Notes: a model not told the origin generated them from the letters alone. A stretch of DNA of 64,000 nucleotides from an uncultured Desulfobacter sp. (GCA_963665095.1 OY762069.1:3552001-3616000); one strand, 5' to 3'; shown: positions 23,001 through 33,826, counted from the stretch's first letter. Program-made: numbers and translations.

Positions 23001-24804
23001 ATCCGCCAACCAGGCAAAGAGTACGTTTCTTGCCAACATGAGCCATGAAATCAGGACCCCGATGAATGCCATCATCGGTTTTGCCCATCTGATAGGCAGG
23101 CATATCAAGGATGAGGATGCCCAGGAAATGATTTTTAAGATCATCCGCTCCGGTAAACATCTGCTGGGTATTATTAATGATATACTTGATCTGTCAAAAA
23201 TTGAACAGGAGGCTTTGATATTGGAAAAGACTGCTTTTTTAACGTCCGCCATTATCGACAATGTCTGCAGCATGATACAGGACCGGATTTCCCATAAAGG
23301 ACTTCAGTTGGTCGTCAACACTGATCCAGAGCTGGATGCGATGCCCGTGGTCGGAGATCCTTTGCGCCTTCGGCAGATACTGGTCAACTATCTTGGCAAT
23401 GCCGTAAAGTTTACCGAGCAGGGCCGGATAACTTTAAATGTGATGGTCTCCCAACAGCGCGGCCATGACGTACTGTTGCGCTTTGAGGTTCAGGATACCG
23501 GTATCGGTATCAGTGAGGAACAAAAAAATACGGTGTTTGACTCATTTGTACAGGCAGATGCCCTGATCACCCGAAAATATGGTGGTACCGGGCTGGGACT
23601 GGCCATTTCACGGCAATTGGCGAGATTGATGGGCGGAGATGCCGGCGTTGAAAGTGAACTTGGAAAGGGCAGCACGTTCTGGTTTACCGCTGTATTGGAA
23701 ATCGGTGATCCCAAAGACCTTAAGGCAGATATTGGTGAATCCCTGGCACAATTACGCAAAAATGCCCGTATCCTTCTGGTGGAGGACAATGAGATCAACC
23801 AGGAGGTGGCCAAAGATATCCTGGAACAGCTTGGGTTGTCTGTGGATACGGCATTTAACGGACGTGTGGCCGTAAGAAAAGTGGATGCGAACCAGTACGA
23901 TCTTATTCTGATGGACATGCAGATGCCGGTCATGGACGGCCTGGAAGCCTCCCGGAAAATCAGAGATATGAAGAACGGGGCACATGTTCCCATTGTGGCA
24001 TTAACGGCCAATGCATTTGAGGAGGACCGCAGACGCTGTCTGAAAGCCGGTATGAATGGCTTTGTGGCAAAGCCCTTTGAGCCGGAGCAGTTGCATGCGG
24101 TTCTGTCCCGCTGGATCCCCGACAGTGATGGAATGCAGGATCATATTTACGGGGTTGATACGCTTGAACAATCAGGCGCGGAAGAGAAAAAGGGGGACCG
24201 CAGCCATATTGATCCCACAACCGGATTGAAATATGTCAAAAAAACAGAAACCTATCAAAAAATGCTGGACAAATTCCTTGAGCAGCAGGCGGATCTCCCG
24301 GCGCGAATTAATAGGGCACACCAGGGAAAGGACATGGATTCGGTGCGGCTTATGGTTCATTCTCTGAAAGGGACAGCAGGAACGCTTGGCATGCATGATT
24401 TACAGGCCAAGGCAGCATCCTGTGAAATCCTTCTGCGCAAGGGCGCGGAAGAAAGGAAACTCAAGGAGGGCCTTGTTGCTTTAACCGGGGAATTAACAGC
24501 AGTTTGCGAGGAGATCCGGAGAACGAACCATCGCCCAGATGTTAACCGCCCCGCCACGGAACCCGATGCCGTGGATCTTACCGAGCTCAAATCAATGGTG
24601 GGTCAACTGGTTGACTTCTTAAATCAAAACGATATGATGGCCTATAAGGTATGGGAAAAAGCATACCCTGCTATGATGACCATCATCAACAGGGAAGATG
24701 CAGCACTGTTAAAGCATCAGATTGAAAATTTTGATTTCTCCGATGCCGTGTTAACGCTGAATGACATTATATCGCGTCATCCGGAACAGCTCATGAATGC
24801 TTAA
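20041..24804 (+). CDS. Multi-PAS hybrid sensor histidine kinase with REC and Hpt
   Basis: 1587 aa: TM-periplasmic Cache-like domain-TM, about 5 PAS/PAC units (DIS, DITER, DITEK, DITAR, DVTEK ends), H-box [24 protein letters not shown]...LMDMQMP, Hpt VHSLKG. Confidence 0.93.
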   Translation: MFKYILTLTFLLIMLLLGAGYGFFQSKATQIENRTFADLQDVVRTKSDVVVHWIKQRKGDARIWGDSKIVADEIDAFLRQPDNPQLKNIMQSQLDVMLRAHGYKSAMIVSFDKKIVLGTDIQSGMGYPVSEAFEKAMASGKIQHTDFYIHPSQDVYMDWVVPLIPTASENKKPLSALILRIDESQVLLPFIKSSPGHYNSFETVLLTFNKGNAICLTLPSDASSNVIKRDPSDPNSLAAKLKNAVSVSGTGISMDFKKKEVLFAYRAIAGTPWLMIAKIDRKEILLPVLRIVWGWGFAVFAGITIIYFALFQNLYQQKKIRQMEIDQAKRIADQRFESLSNNIPGGFVFRFTLTSKGERGFSFISQGVQKLFNYSPEQIITDPSLVLSRLEKNSEALLQTVLSHSAKNLSTVTEEFRFDLDNGRILWMQFNAHPVREPDGLMAWDGAGIDISGHKKAEYNLRQSEARFRRLFSESRSPVFLMEDEQFIDANPAALELLGYESLEELRGIKPEEISPKYQPDRKLSNEKVKEVYEKAFSRGSHRFEWEHLKKDGSHFFAEVTLTPIRFKYRTLIHVSWTDITERKQMESRLKEFEAIVNSSDDAIISKTIYGTVLSWNQGAEKVFGYKADDIIGRSIKQLFPHDLWEQEQEIFEKIKQGINIEHFETRRLRKDGAIIDVSVTISPIYDKDGTVWAASKIARDITEKKQIAASLEEQRLQLKTLVEAIPDLVWLKDIDGVFLFCNRRFEALFGAKAGDIVGKTDYDFLDKKLADAFRQRDMEAMQAGQATMNEEWVTFANDGHQELLETIKTPLKNEKNDTIGVLGIAHDITARTRNEEYLRKFSLAVEQSANAVVITGRDSTIEYVNQRFTEMTGYSRDEVIGKNPRILNSGETPKETYVQLWAALVKGESWSGEFTNVRKNGQKYFEFAVITPLRDKDGTVTHFVAVKQDVTEKKQIEQELSNHRQRLEELVNSRTMELEAAKLQAESANQAKSTFLANMSHEIRTPMNAIIGFAHLIGRHIKDEDAQEMIFKIIRSGKHLLGIINDILDLSKIEQEALILEKTAFLTSAIIDNVCSMIQDRISHKGLQLVVNTDPELDAMPVVGDPLRLRQILVNYLGNAVKFTEQGRITLNVMVSQQRGHDVLLRFEVQDTGIGISEEQKNTVFDSFVQADALITRKYGGTGLGLAISRQLARLMGGDAGVESELGKGSTFWFTAVLEIGDPKDLKADIGESLAQLRKNARILLVEDNEINQEVAKDILEQLGLSVDTAFNGRVAVRKVDANQYDLILMDMQMPVMDGLEASRKIRDMKNGAHVPIVALTANAFEEDRRRCLKAGMNGFVAKPFEPEQLHAVLSRWIPDSDGMQDHIYGVDTLEQSGAEEKKGDRSHIDPTTGLKYVKKTETYQKMLDKFLEQQADLPARINRAHQGKDMDSVRLMVHSLKGTAGTLGMHDLQAKAASCEILLRKGAEERKLKEGLVALTGELTAVCEEIRRTNHRPDVNRPATEPDAVDLTELKSMVGQLVDFLNQNDMMAYKVWEKAYPAMMTIINREDAALLKHQIENFDFSDAVLTLNDIISRHPEQLMNA

Positions 24805-24892
24805 AAAATAACTGCGTGATGGTGCGCACAACCTCCTTCACCCTTTTGACCCAGTGCTGATATGATAAAATCAATTAAAAACCGGTGACATC

Positions 24893-25721
24893 ATGACCTC
24901 CTTTCAAAAGAAACCATTGGATTTCCCTTTTTTTTGGGAAAGGCGTCCGGTGCACAGTTAATATATCGGGCATCACGTTTGGCCTGATCCTGGTTTTCCT
25001 GTGGGCAGCCCCCCCTTTGACAGCTGAAAATTATCTGTTCGTGGGCAGTAATTTCCCCGTTCTCTCAGAAAAACTGCCGGACAATACCCTTGGCGGCGTC
25101 AGCATTGACATTGCCCGTATCATCTGCAGTCGCCTTGGCCATACCCCGACGTTTGAGCTGTATCCCTGGGCCCGTGCCCAGGCACTGGTAAAAGTCGGTA
25201 AAGCCGACGTACTCCTTGTTCCTTTTAAAACCCTGGAAAGAGAAAAGTGGATGGATTACTCGGAAATTCCATTTTTTCAGGATGAATCCTTCTTTTTTAT
25301 CAGGCATGGCAGTGACATCACCTGGGATGGCACTCTTGCCTCCATTGGTAATCTGCATATTGGGAAAGTCCGTGGATGGAGTCTGGGCAAAAAGTTTGAG
25401 GAAAAAATATCTGACATGACCATTGATTATGCCCCAAACATTGATCTTTGTTTTTTTAAGCTGATTGCGGGCCGGGTTGATCTTGTTCCCACCCAGAAAA
25501 GGGAAGCTTATAAGGCCTTTCAGCGTCTTGGCCTTCAAAGGGAAGAGTATCCCGTGGAGATCCTTCCGGCGCTTTCAGTTAACTATTGTTACTATGGATT
25601 CTCCCAAAAGAGACAAGCGGAACTCAAACCGTTCAAATCTGCATTTGATAAGGCGCTTAAACAGATGAAAGCAACCGGCGAAATAGACCAGATTATAAAG
25701 ACATATATCCAGTCCAATTGA
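24893..25721 (+). pseudogene. Periplasmic solute-binding protein (SBP_bac_3-like), apparently frameshifted in a T8 tract within its leader
   Basis: Body at 25017-25721 (GGVSIDI, YPWARAQ, KLIAGRVD, MKATGEIDQI). The frame extends upstream through a signal peptide with no start codon; ATG 24893 joins it if T8 at 24928-24935 is T7. Confidence 0.65.
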
Positions 25722-25747
25722 AGCGGTGAAAGGGGGGGCAAGAACCT

Positions 25748-26875
25748 ATGGCAGATCAAACCAGACAATCCTCTGCCTTAAAAGGCACGACCAGACAACG
25801 GCCTCTTTCAGGCACCCTGATGCTGCTCTTGACGGTGATCATTGTTACGCTGGTCATTGCCGGTATCCTGTATTTTGCCATATCAAAACATGAATACCGG
25901 CAACTGGAGGAAAAAGCCGATGACTTTATCTCCTCCATTGATGATGTTCTTGAAATTCCGCTATGGAATATGGATCATGGAAATATAAAAAAAATTGCCC
26001 AGTCCTATGCCAATGATGAGTTGTTTGAATTTCTTGCCATCCGGGATAACCTGGACACGTTGTTTTTCGAGCATTCCCGGAACCGCGGCGCACCTGTTAT
26101 CCGAAAATCAGATGACATATTTCATGACGGCCGGCTGATTGATGTCAATCCTGCCATGGCGCAAATGCTTGGCTATAAATCCCTGCAAGCGCTGACACAG
26201 TCCATCTCAAATATCGGAGAGCAGCTCTATGTGAATTCTGAACGCAGAGAGGAATTCCTTCAGCAAATACAAACACAGAAAGCCGTGACCAATTTTGATG
26301 CCGAACTTCGAACTGCGGACGGGAAAACCACCTGGCTGGCATTGTACTCCAGGCCTGTCTGGGATAATAGCGGCAAGCTTGTGCACATTGAAGGCATGGC
26401 CCTGGATATCTCCCAGCAGAAAAAAGCCGAGGAGGAGCGAAAAAAACTGGAAGCGCAACTGATTCAGTCTTAGAAATTTGAGTCCGTTGACAGGGCGTGT
26501 CGCTTACAGGCAATGAAACCATTCTCTTTGTAGAGGATGAGACCCCACTGCGTCATCTGGGCCGTGAAACCCTTGAACAGATGGGGTACACGGTACTGGC
26601 CACGGATTCGCCCAGTGAGGCCCTGCGCACTGCAGCAGCCCATCCAGGGGAAATCCAGCTGCTTATGACAGATGTCATTATGCCTGAAATGAACGGCCAG
26701 GAGCTTGCCTCCAGGCTGGTTAAAGAATATCCCGGCATCCGGTGCCTCTTTGTGTCAGGGTATACAACAGATGTATTTTTCTCCTGAGAGCCTACTGGAG
26801 CAGGGCGTTCATTTTCTTCAAAAGCCGTTTACAAAAACTGATCTGGAAAAGGTGCTTCGAAAAATTTTGTTCTGA
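25748..26875 (+). pseudogene. Decayed hybrid histidine kinase (TM-periplasmic / PAS / REC remnants)
   Basis: TAG at 26471-26473 sits in LIQS*KFESV (consensus QxQKMESVG); the kinase core is absent. REC (ETILFVEDE...LMTDVIMP) frameshifts at T5 26776-26780 and continues PESLLEQGVHFLQKPF...KILF* to 26875. Confidence 0.85.
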
Positions 26876-26905
26876 TCCTTCTATTTTTTTTAGAAGGATT
26901 TAGAG

Positions 26906-26966
26906 CATATCCAGGCAGAAACTTTGTTGCAATACTGACGTCACCCTCATGATCTGCCTGGACATG
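26906..26966. repeat. 14-bp inverted repeat between convergent genes
   Basis: CATATCCAGGCAGA ... TCTGCCTGGACATG (1 mismatch, 33-nt spacer). Confidence 0.5.
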
Positions 26967-26999
26967 ATAATCAAGCGTATCACCGGATTAAACAGCGGA

Positions 27000-28940
27000 C
27001 TATACGCGAAACATATTAATGACTCCTTTTATTTTATGGGAAATTTCCATTACCGTTTTGGCACTGCTGTCAATGACCCCGGTTTCCGTATCCATTTCTG
27101 AAGCAACTGTGTTCAGTTCGGATATATTTTCGGTTATCTGCCTTGAGTTTTCTGTATATTCCAAAATGTCTTCCCTGACTGTCTCTGCGCTGGTTTTGGT
27201 CTCTTTAATAATTGAGGATATGGCGTTGGTTGCTTCCATCTGTTTTTCGACCACAGTTTCAATATTTTTTACGTTTTCGTTTACATCCTTGATCACCCGT
27301 TCAATATCCTTGATCTGCAATATGGTGGAATCATTGGACTGCTTGATGCCGTCCACACTCGCTTGTATTTCAAGCGTGGCGGAAGCTGTCTGGCCGGCAA
27401 GGTCTTTAATCTCATTGGCAACAACGGCAAACCCTTTTCCGGCCTCTCCCGCCCGAGCCGCTTCAATGGTTGCATTAAGGGCCAAAAGGTTTGTCTGATC
27501 TGAAATATCATTAATTGTATCTGTAATTTTTATAATTTGGCTCACTGCATTTTCCAGTTCTTTTACCATTTGTGATGTTTTCATTGATTTCTCAACGGCA
27601 TCGTTACTGATGGTGCTGGTTGTTCTGGTATTCTGTCCGATCTCAGAAATCGTGTTGATCAGTAAATCCACAGAATCGCTCATGGTCTCCATTTCGTTCA
27701 CCGTCTGATCAACAGCTGTTGCGGCTGAACTTACATTGGACTTCATTTTCTGTGTTGCGCTGTCAATTCCATGGGAAACTGTTCTAGATTTTTCCGACAT
27801 AGAGGTTGAAATGGCACTAAGACTGGTGGACGAATCGTCCAATGTCACCACATCGTTGTGAAGGTCGCTCATAAGACTTTGAATCGTTTCCAAAAATTCA
27901 TTAATTATGGCGCCCAGCTCTGATATTTCGTTTTTCTTTCGGGTCTCAATTCGCTGGGTAAGATCTCCTTGTTCCACCTGTTTGAATACACCGGAGATGT
28001 GTTTGATGGGTCTGCCAACAAGCAGTGTGATGAAAAAGTATGAAAAACCGCACCCCAATGCCATGGCACCGATGCCCATGAAGACAAAAAACAGGGTCAG
28101 CTTGTTCACCGAAGCCACCATGTGGCTCAAATTTTGGGGTACAACAATGACGCCCTCGGCTTTCCCGCTGAAATCATTGAGCGGACTGACCAGAAAGAGC
28201 CAATGTTTTCCATCAATGGTAATATCCTTATAAACAAAATCATTCTTTGAAACCACCTGATCAAAGACCTGTGTTAACTGGTCAACAGGAATGGTTACCC
28301 CGCCGGTTGATGCCTGCATTTTATATCCATCATTATTTTTGGCAAAAATGAATGCATCAAACTGATATTTTGCTTTAAGGGATTCAAGAAGCGTATTATT
28401 CAACCCCACACCAAATTCTACTGAGCCAAGATGCCGGCCCTGGTAAAACATGGGGGCCAGTCCCCGGATGCCAAATCCATAAGGGCCTTTATCAAGACCG
28501 ACCACAGGTTTTTGTGTCCTGTTTACTTCGACAATGGTGGGCCTTGCCCGGGACAGGTCATCGCCGAATTTGGATGGCTTATGGACCCTGTAAAAGGAGG
28601 TGGCCGGTGGCAGATGGAACTGAAATTTATCGACATTTACCTGTTTCTTAATAGATTCGTATAACGGCAGGCAAAAATTTTCAATTCCCACCCGATCCTT
28701 TTCCGCCATCATTTTCTGTATTTCCGGCAGGTGGGCGATGAGTTCGGAAAGCGCATACGCCCGGTTAGAAGAGGTTTCCAACAGCTCGATGACCTGAAAC
28801 AGTTTAAGCCTCAAGTCTGTTTGCGCAGAATCATTTAAAGTCGTCATCCTGTCATGGTACCCAACCCAGAGCACAGGGACGATAATCAATAATAAGATCG
28901 TAGTGCTGAATAACATGAGCTTTGATTTAATCGATTTCAT
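27000..28940 (-). CDS. Methyl-accepting chemotaxis protein with dCache-type sensor
   Basis: Two TM helices; [23 protein letters not shown] sensor; [33 protein letters not shown]. Confidence 0.93.
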   Translation of the reverse strand: MKSIKSKLMLFSTTILLLIIVPVLWVGYHDRMTTLNDSAQTDLRLKLFQVIELLETSSNRAYALSELIAHLPEIQKMMAEKDRVGIENFCLPLYESIKKQVNVDKFQFHLPPATSFYRVHKPSKFGDDLSRARPTIVEVNRTQKPVVGLDKGPYGFGIRGLAPMFYQGRHLGSVEFGVGLNNTLLESLKAKYQFDAFIFAKNNDGYKMQASTGGVTIPVDQLTQVFDQVVSKNDFVYKDITIDGKHWLFLVSPLNDFSGKAEGVIVVPQNLSHMVASVNKLTLFFVFMGIGAMALGCGFSYFFITLLVGRPIKHISGVFKQVEQGDLTQRIETRKKNEISELGAIINEFLETIQSLMSDLHNDVVTLDDSSTSLSAISTSMSEKSRTVSHGIDSATQKMKSNVSSAATAVDQTVNEMETMSDSVDLLINTISEIGQNTRTTSTISNDAVEKSMKTSQMVKELENAVSQIIKITDTINDISDQTNLLALNATIEAARAGEAGKGFAVVANEIKDLAGQTASATLEIQASVDGIKQSNDSTILQIKDIERVIKDVNENVKNIETVVEKQMEATNAISSIIKETKTSAETVREDILEYTENSRQITENISELNTVASEMDTETGVIDSSAKTVMEISHKIKGVINMFRV

Positions 28941-29124
28941 ACTCCCTCTCTTATAAAATACAAAATAAAAGCGATCGCCCTTCGTTCGGAGACAGCACTA
29001 CAGATAAGAATTATAATCAATAATTTAGTGGGGATTTCGGGCTATTTTTTAAAATAGTCAGCGCCTGTAAGGTTGTCAACAATACAGAACCGTTCTGACT
29101 GGTAAATTTTAAACAGGCGCTGAA

Positions 29125-31365
29125 TCAGGTGGGTTTAGGCCGCGACCCGGTTTCTGGACCTGCCGGAAACCGGATGGTCAGCATTGTGCCTGTCTCATCG
29201 TCAGAGGTCATCTCTATTTCTCCGTTATGGATCTGTGTAAATAGTTTGGCAGAATATGTACCTAAACCGGTACCTCCTGATTTGCCAAAGGTGGCATATT
29301 TATCAAAAAAGTGGGGGAATATCTGATCCGGAACTTTTCCCTTATTATGTATCCGGACCTGAATGTGACCTTGGGTCCGGCTTAAAAAAACGGATACGTT
29401 GCCATCTTCGGGACTGGCCTCTATCGCATTTTTTAATAAATTCTGAAACAGGGTGACGCACAGGATCTCTTCGCCGGGGGCTATAAAAGCCTCTTGCCCG
29501 TAATCGGCCCCCTCTTTGATGTCAAAACGGATAGAAATTTCCATTTGAGATGAAAAGCCCTCAAGCTCATCAATCACACGTTGAACCAGTTCTTTAAAAT
29601 TTATATCAATGGGAGCAAACTGATACTGTTCCATCTCCATCTTATACAGGTTCAAGGACATGTTGATCATTTCAATCATCCTGAATCCGGCAACTTTGAT
29701 ATTGTCCAGATATTTTTCCTGGAGAGCTGTCAACCCTTTTTCCCTGCGGATCAGGGCAGGAATATTGATAATGCCGGTCAAAGGCCCTTTAAGATCATGC
29801 CGGGTGATATGCTCCACCTCTTCTTTTAATTTTTCCAGTTTTTTTCGCTCATTTACGTCAATAATAAAACTGTCCACCCATTTTACGTCTGCAATGTTTC
29901 TGTCCTCTCTGATGCAGGCGTTAATGGAGACCCAGATGTCACTTCCGTCTTTTTTTCTGGCTTTGCATTCAAAATTTTCCGTTACCCGGTTCTGTTTTAA
30001 AATATTCTGAAAATGGCGATATTCGGCCGGGTCGGCAAACAGGTTCTCCCCCTTGCGGCCTATCCCATCCATGAGTGCCTCCTGGGAATCATACCCAAGA
30101 ATTTGCGCACAGGCAGGATTCAGTGACAAGGCCTCTCCCCTGGTTGTCTGACTGGCAATGCACACCGGGGCCTCCTGGAGAATATGTCTGAATTTTTCTT
30201 CTGCCTCTGTCCTGAAGCGCATCTCCTTTTGAAGCAAAAGATTGGCCTCTTCAAGGTCCTTGGTTCTTTCCTGGATAACCAGTTCAAGTTTCTGTATGCC
30301 CAGCTTCCAGGAGGCAAAAAGGATGGTTTCCACCAGGGCAAACACCATCAGACCGTATAATATATTGATTAGAAGGCCTTTTTTAAGAGCGTGGAGCTCT
30401 GGTGAAATGTCATGCCAGGCCACAATGTGCCCAGCAGGTTTCCCTTTGGGCAGGGAAGCCTGCCGGTAATCCTTGAATGGAAAGGAGCTGATAGCAAGGG
30501 GCGGGTCTCTTTCTGACAAGATCAGGGGGTGGTTGTTGAAGATCACATCAATGACCTCAGGCATTTTTAAAAGAGGCAGATCTTCTGCCTTTGCCTCCTC
30601 AATCACTAAACTGTCGCCGATAAGGTCTTTTTCCAGGCGGGAGTTTAGATATTCCGGCCAGACATATTTTTCCAGATGGTCCCGGTTCAAAAGAGCTGCA
30701 ATATGATAACCTGTTGCAGAACTAAGATAGTTAACAAGAGACGCCATGGAGGTGCCCGCTTCCAACGCGCCCACATGAACCTGTTTTCCTGTGTGAGGAT
30801 CGGTGGCAAACACCGGAACCACACCACGGATCCCTGAATAGACCCGTCCGGTTTCAAAGCCTTTGGTGGGTGCCTGTGTTCTATTGCAGTCCACAACTGT
30901 ATATCGAACTTCGTCCATTCGGTCCCCGAATTTATGCGGCGCATGGACCCGGAGGAAAGAAAGGGAGCCTGGCCCGAGATGAAAATGCAGCTGCCTGACA
31001 TCGTAATTCTTCTGCATTTTGTCCCATCCGGGTTTCACGTGGGCAAAAAGCGCTGCCCGCATACGGGCCGCTTCCCTGCCGCCAGGGCCGCCGCCTTCTG
31101 CTTCCACTGCCAGCTTCCCTTTGAGAAAAGCTTCGGGGACATGAATGTCATTTGCAATGTAGGTGGCGATCTGCTGCATGTTGGTGGCACTGGACATCAA
31201 CGATATTTGAAATCCGGAGCGCAACGCATCATTGCGTCTTCCAATTTCCTGGTCCAGCATCTGCCAGTTAGATTGGTAATTGATGAATATAAAAAACGAA
31301 TCCGTGAGGACGATTACTGCGGTAACAACCCAGAACGCCTGCCACGGGCGGGAAATCGTTGTCAT
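29125..31365 (-). CDS. Sensor histidine kinase (dCache-type, PAS, HisKA, HATPase)
   Basis: LHFHLGPGSLSFLRVHAPHKFGD sensor; PAS; H-box TRHDLKGPL; NLLKNAIEAS; GTGLG. Confidence 0.9.
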   Translation of the reverse strand: MTTISRPWQAFWVVTAVIVLTDSFFIFINYQSNWQMLDQEIGRRNDALRSGFQISLMSSATNMQQIATYIANDIHVPEAFLKGKLAVEAEGGGPGGREAARMRAALFAHVKPGWDKMQKNYDVRQLHFHLGPGSLSFLRVHAPHKFGDRMDEVRYTVVDCNRTQAPTKGFETGRVYSGIRGVVPVFATDPHTGKQVHVGALEAGTSMASLVNYLSSATGYHIAALLNRDHLEKYVWPEYLNSRLEKDLIGDSLVIEEAKAEDLPLLKMPEVIDVIFNNHPLILSERDPPLAISSFPFKDYRQASLPKGKPAGHIVAWHDISPELHALKKGLLINILYGLMVFALVETILFASWKLGIQKLELVIQERTKDLEEANLLLQKEMRFRTEAEEKFRHILQEAPVCIASQTTRGEALSLNPACAQILGYDSQEALMDGIGRKGENLFADPAEYRHFQNILKQNRVTENFECKARKKDGSDIWVSINACIREDRNIADVKWVDSFIIDVNERKKLEKLKEEVEHITRHDLKGPLTGIINIPALIRREKGLTALQEKYLDNIKVAGFRMIEMINMSLNLYKMEMEQYQFAPIDINFKELVQRVIDELEGFSSQMEISIRFDIKEGADYGQEAFIAPGEEILCVTLFQNLLKNAIEASPEDGNVSVFLSRTQGHIQVRIHNKGKVPDQIFPHFFDKYATFGKSGGTGLGTYSAKLFTQIHNGEIEMTSDDETGTMLTIRFPAGPETGSRPKPT

Positions 31366-31452
31366 AAGTTACGATACTTTTATAATTATTGATTTATGTA
31401 GCTTACCATATATCTTTAAATGTAAAATTTCAATTATTACGATTTATTGAAA

Positions 31453-33711
31453 TTATTTTTCGGGGAACAAATTGTCTTCAAACAGTTTTATAAATTTATG
31501 TTCCGGCATGGGGCGGCCAAAAAAATAGCCCTGAACAATGTCACACTTTAATTTTCCCAAAAGCGTTGCCTGGCCATCCTCTTCAACTCCCTCAGCAATA
31601 ACCTTGAGGCCTAAATTATGCGCCATGTCAATGATCGTTTTAACCATTATGGCATCGTTGGGGCTGATCAAAATCTGTCGGATAAACGAGATATCTATTT
31701 TAACATAGTCAATGGGCAGCTTTTGAAGATAGGCCAGGGAAGAGTACCCGGTCCCAAAATCATCCAGAGCAATGGTAAAGCCCATCTGTTTGAGCCGTTC
31801 AAGATTCTGCGCCGCTTTTTCCGGGCTGGACATGACAGTTGTCTCTGTAATTTCAAGCTCTATGCTTTCCGGAAGAATTTTGTTCTTTTTAAGGATGTCT
31901 GAAACATTATCGGCCAGGCCGTCCTGGTCCAGCTGCAAGGCTGAAACATTTACCGCAATATGCACATTGCTGTGGCCTGCCTGGTGCAATATTCTGCTGG
32001 TTTTACAGGCCGTTTCAAGCACCCACTCGCCAATTGAAACGATCAGGCCGTTCTTTTCAGCCACCGGGATAAAGTCAGAAGGGGGAATAAATTGTCCTTT
32101 GTTTATTTCCCATCGGATCAGGGCTTCAGCCCCCACAATTTTTTTGTCTGAAAGGCTTATCTTGGGCTGGAAATATAGACGAAATTGGTTGTTGGCAATT
32201 GCTTTTCTCAGATTATTTCCCATTTCAAATAATTTGATGGAGGCCTGATTCATGAACTCGGAATAAAAGGAAAAAATGCGCCCACCCTTATTCTTGGCAT
32301 CATAAAGTGCGGCTTCCGTATTTTTTAATAAATCCGTTGGATTGGTTCCATCCTCAGGAAACACAGCTGAACCGATACTTGCAGAAATGAAAAATTCTTT
32401 TTCTGTCACAAGGACCGGCCGGTTAAATTCGTCCAGCAGCCTTTGGCAGGCTTGTCCGATTTCATAAATATCGTTGGTGTTTTGCAAGATGATAATAAAT
32501 TCATCCCCTCCCATCCGTGCCATGGGAGCCTCTTTTGAGGTCAATCTTGCCAGGGTATCACTGGCTCTTAAACAATTTTTTAACCTGTCTGAAACAACCT
32601 GCAGGCAGGTATCACCGGCGTTGTGTCCCAGGCTTTCATTAACCTGGTTAAAGTTGTCGAGATCGATGAGCACCACAGCAAATTTCTTTTTATATCGCCC
32701 TGCATATTCCACTGCAGCTTCAAGCGCTTTTAAAAAAAATTGCCGGTTGGGCAGCCGGGTAAGGGTGTCATGATGGGCAAAAAACCAGGCTTTTTCCTCT
32801 GCCTTTTTTCTGTCAATGCCCAATGCAATCTTATCTGCGATTGACGCAATGGCATCTATGTCCGCAGTCTCAAGCCGGCGCCTTGAAAACATCGCCACAA
32901 CGCCTACCATCCGTTCTCCCACAATCAGGGGATTGCCACCAAATGCGATTATTTTCTCGTTTTTTACCCACTCTTGATCATCTATATCAGGATCGCCCAC
33001 AATCTCATTAGAAAGAACGGGCCTTTTTTCTTTTACAATTTTTCCAATTTTTAGATGGTCCGGACAGACAATGCTGTGTTTCCCGTCAAGATGGGTAAAC
33101 ATCCCCTCGCTTGCGATCAGTTCAAGTTGATTGGTTTCTTCATTCAGCGTCCAGAGTCGGGTAAATGCGGTACCAAGATAATGGACCATGGCCCTGCAGC
33201 ATTTGCCGGCCATGTCATTGAGATCAGTTCCCTGGACAAGAATTGATCCGATCTCTGCTGCCATCATGGCATGACGGGTGCGTTCCTGTATCCTTTTTTC
33301 AAGAAAAAGATTCTGGTCAATAATCTGATCCTGGTATTCTTTTAACTTCAGACAATTGCCGATTCGTGTGACAAGTTCCGCCTTTTCAATTGGTTTGTTA
33401 AGCAGATCTGCAGCACCCATGTTCAGTGCTTTAAGTTTTAGCTTTGAATCAATCATTCCAGTCAGCATCACCACGGGAATGGATTTTGTGTTTTCATTGG
33501 CTTTAAGCATTTTAAGCATTTCAAAACCACTCTTTCCAGGCATCAGAATATCGCAGATCACCAGGTCTATTTTGTTATCCTGGATTAAGGCCGTGCCGTC
33601 ATCTACACCTTGGGCAAAGTGAAGCTTCCATTCCTTGGCGTAGTCTCGCAGAATTCGTTTTAAACTGTCCAGGCATTTGGCATCATCGTCAACGAACAGG
33701 ATCTCTTTCAT
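31453..33711 (-). CDS. REC-GAF-GGDEF-EAL diguanylate cyclase/phosphodiesterase
   Basis: REC ILFVDDD...CDILMP; GAF; HDTLTRLPNR and RMGGDEF; AEALIRW, DDFGTGYSS, IAEGVE, VQGY. Confidence 0.94.
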   Translation of the reverse strand: MKEILFVDDDAKCLDSLKRILRDYAKEWKLHFAQGVDDGTALIQDNKIDLVICDILMPGKSGFEMLKMLKANENTKSIPVVMLTGMIDSKLKLKALNMGAADLLNKPIEKAELVTRIGNCLKLKEYQDQIIDQNLFLEKRIQERTRHAMMAAEIGSILVQGTDLNDMAGKCCRAMVHYLGTAFTRLWTLNEETNQLELIASEGMFTHLDGKHSIVCPDHLKIGKIVKEKRPVLSNEIVGDPDIDDQEWVKNEKIIAFGGNPLIVGERMVGVVAMFSRRRLETADIDAIASIADKIALGIDRKKAEEKAWFFAHHDTLTRLPNRQFFLKALEAAVEYAGRYKKKFAVVLIDLDNFNQVNESLGHNAGDTCLQVVSDRLKNCLRASDTLARLTSKEAPMARMGGDEFIIILQNTNDIYEIGQACQRLLDEFNRPVLVTEKEFFISASIGSAVFPEDGTNPTDLLKNTEAALYDAKNKGGRIFSFYSEFMNQASIKLFEMGNNLRKAIANNQFRLYFQPKISLSDKKIVGAEALIRWEINKGQFIPPSDFIPVAEKNGLIVSIGEWVLETACKTSRILHQAGHSNVHIAVNVSALQLDQDGLADNVSDILKKNKILPESIELEITETTVMSSPEKAAQNLERLKQMGFTIALDDFGTGYSSLAYLQKLPIDYVKIDISFIRQILISPNDAIMVKTIIDMAHNLGLKVIAEGVEEDGQATLLGKLKCDIVQGYFFGRPMPEHKFIKLFEDNLFPEK

Positions 33712-33826
33712 AAAAATGGGCTCCGTATCCAGAAAATATGTTAAAAACGCGTTTTAAGCTTAGGATGTCCACTTTACAAAGTTGGCGATTAATGGCATAT
33801 TTTTTTAATCACTAATATAACATTTC

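Noticed and set aside
26471..26473. In-frame TAG as possible pyrrolysine or readthrough
   Set aside because: It falls at a consensus Gln position, the kinase core is deleted seven codons later, and REC is frameshifted, so ordinary decay explains it.
26785..26787. TGA stops at 26785 and 51652 as possible selenocysteine
   Set aside because: Homology continues in a different frame, and neither position corresponds to a Cys.
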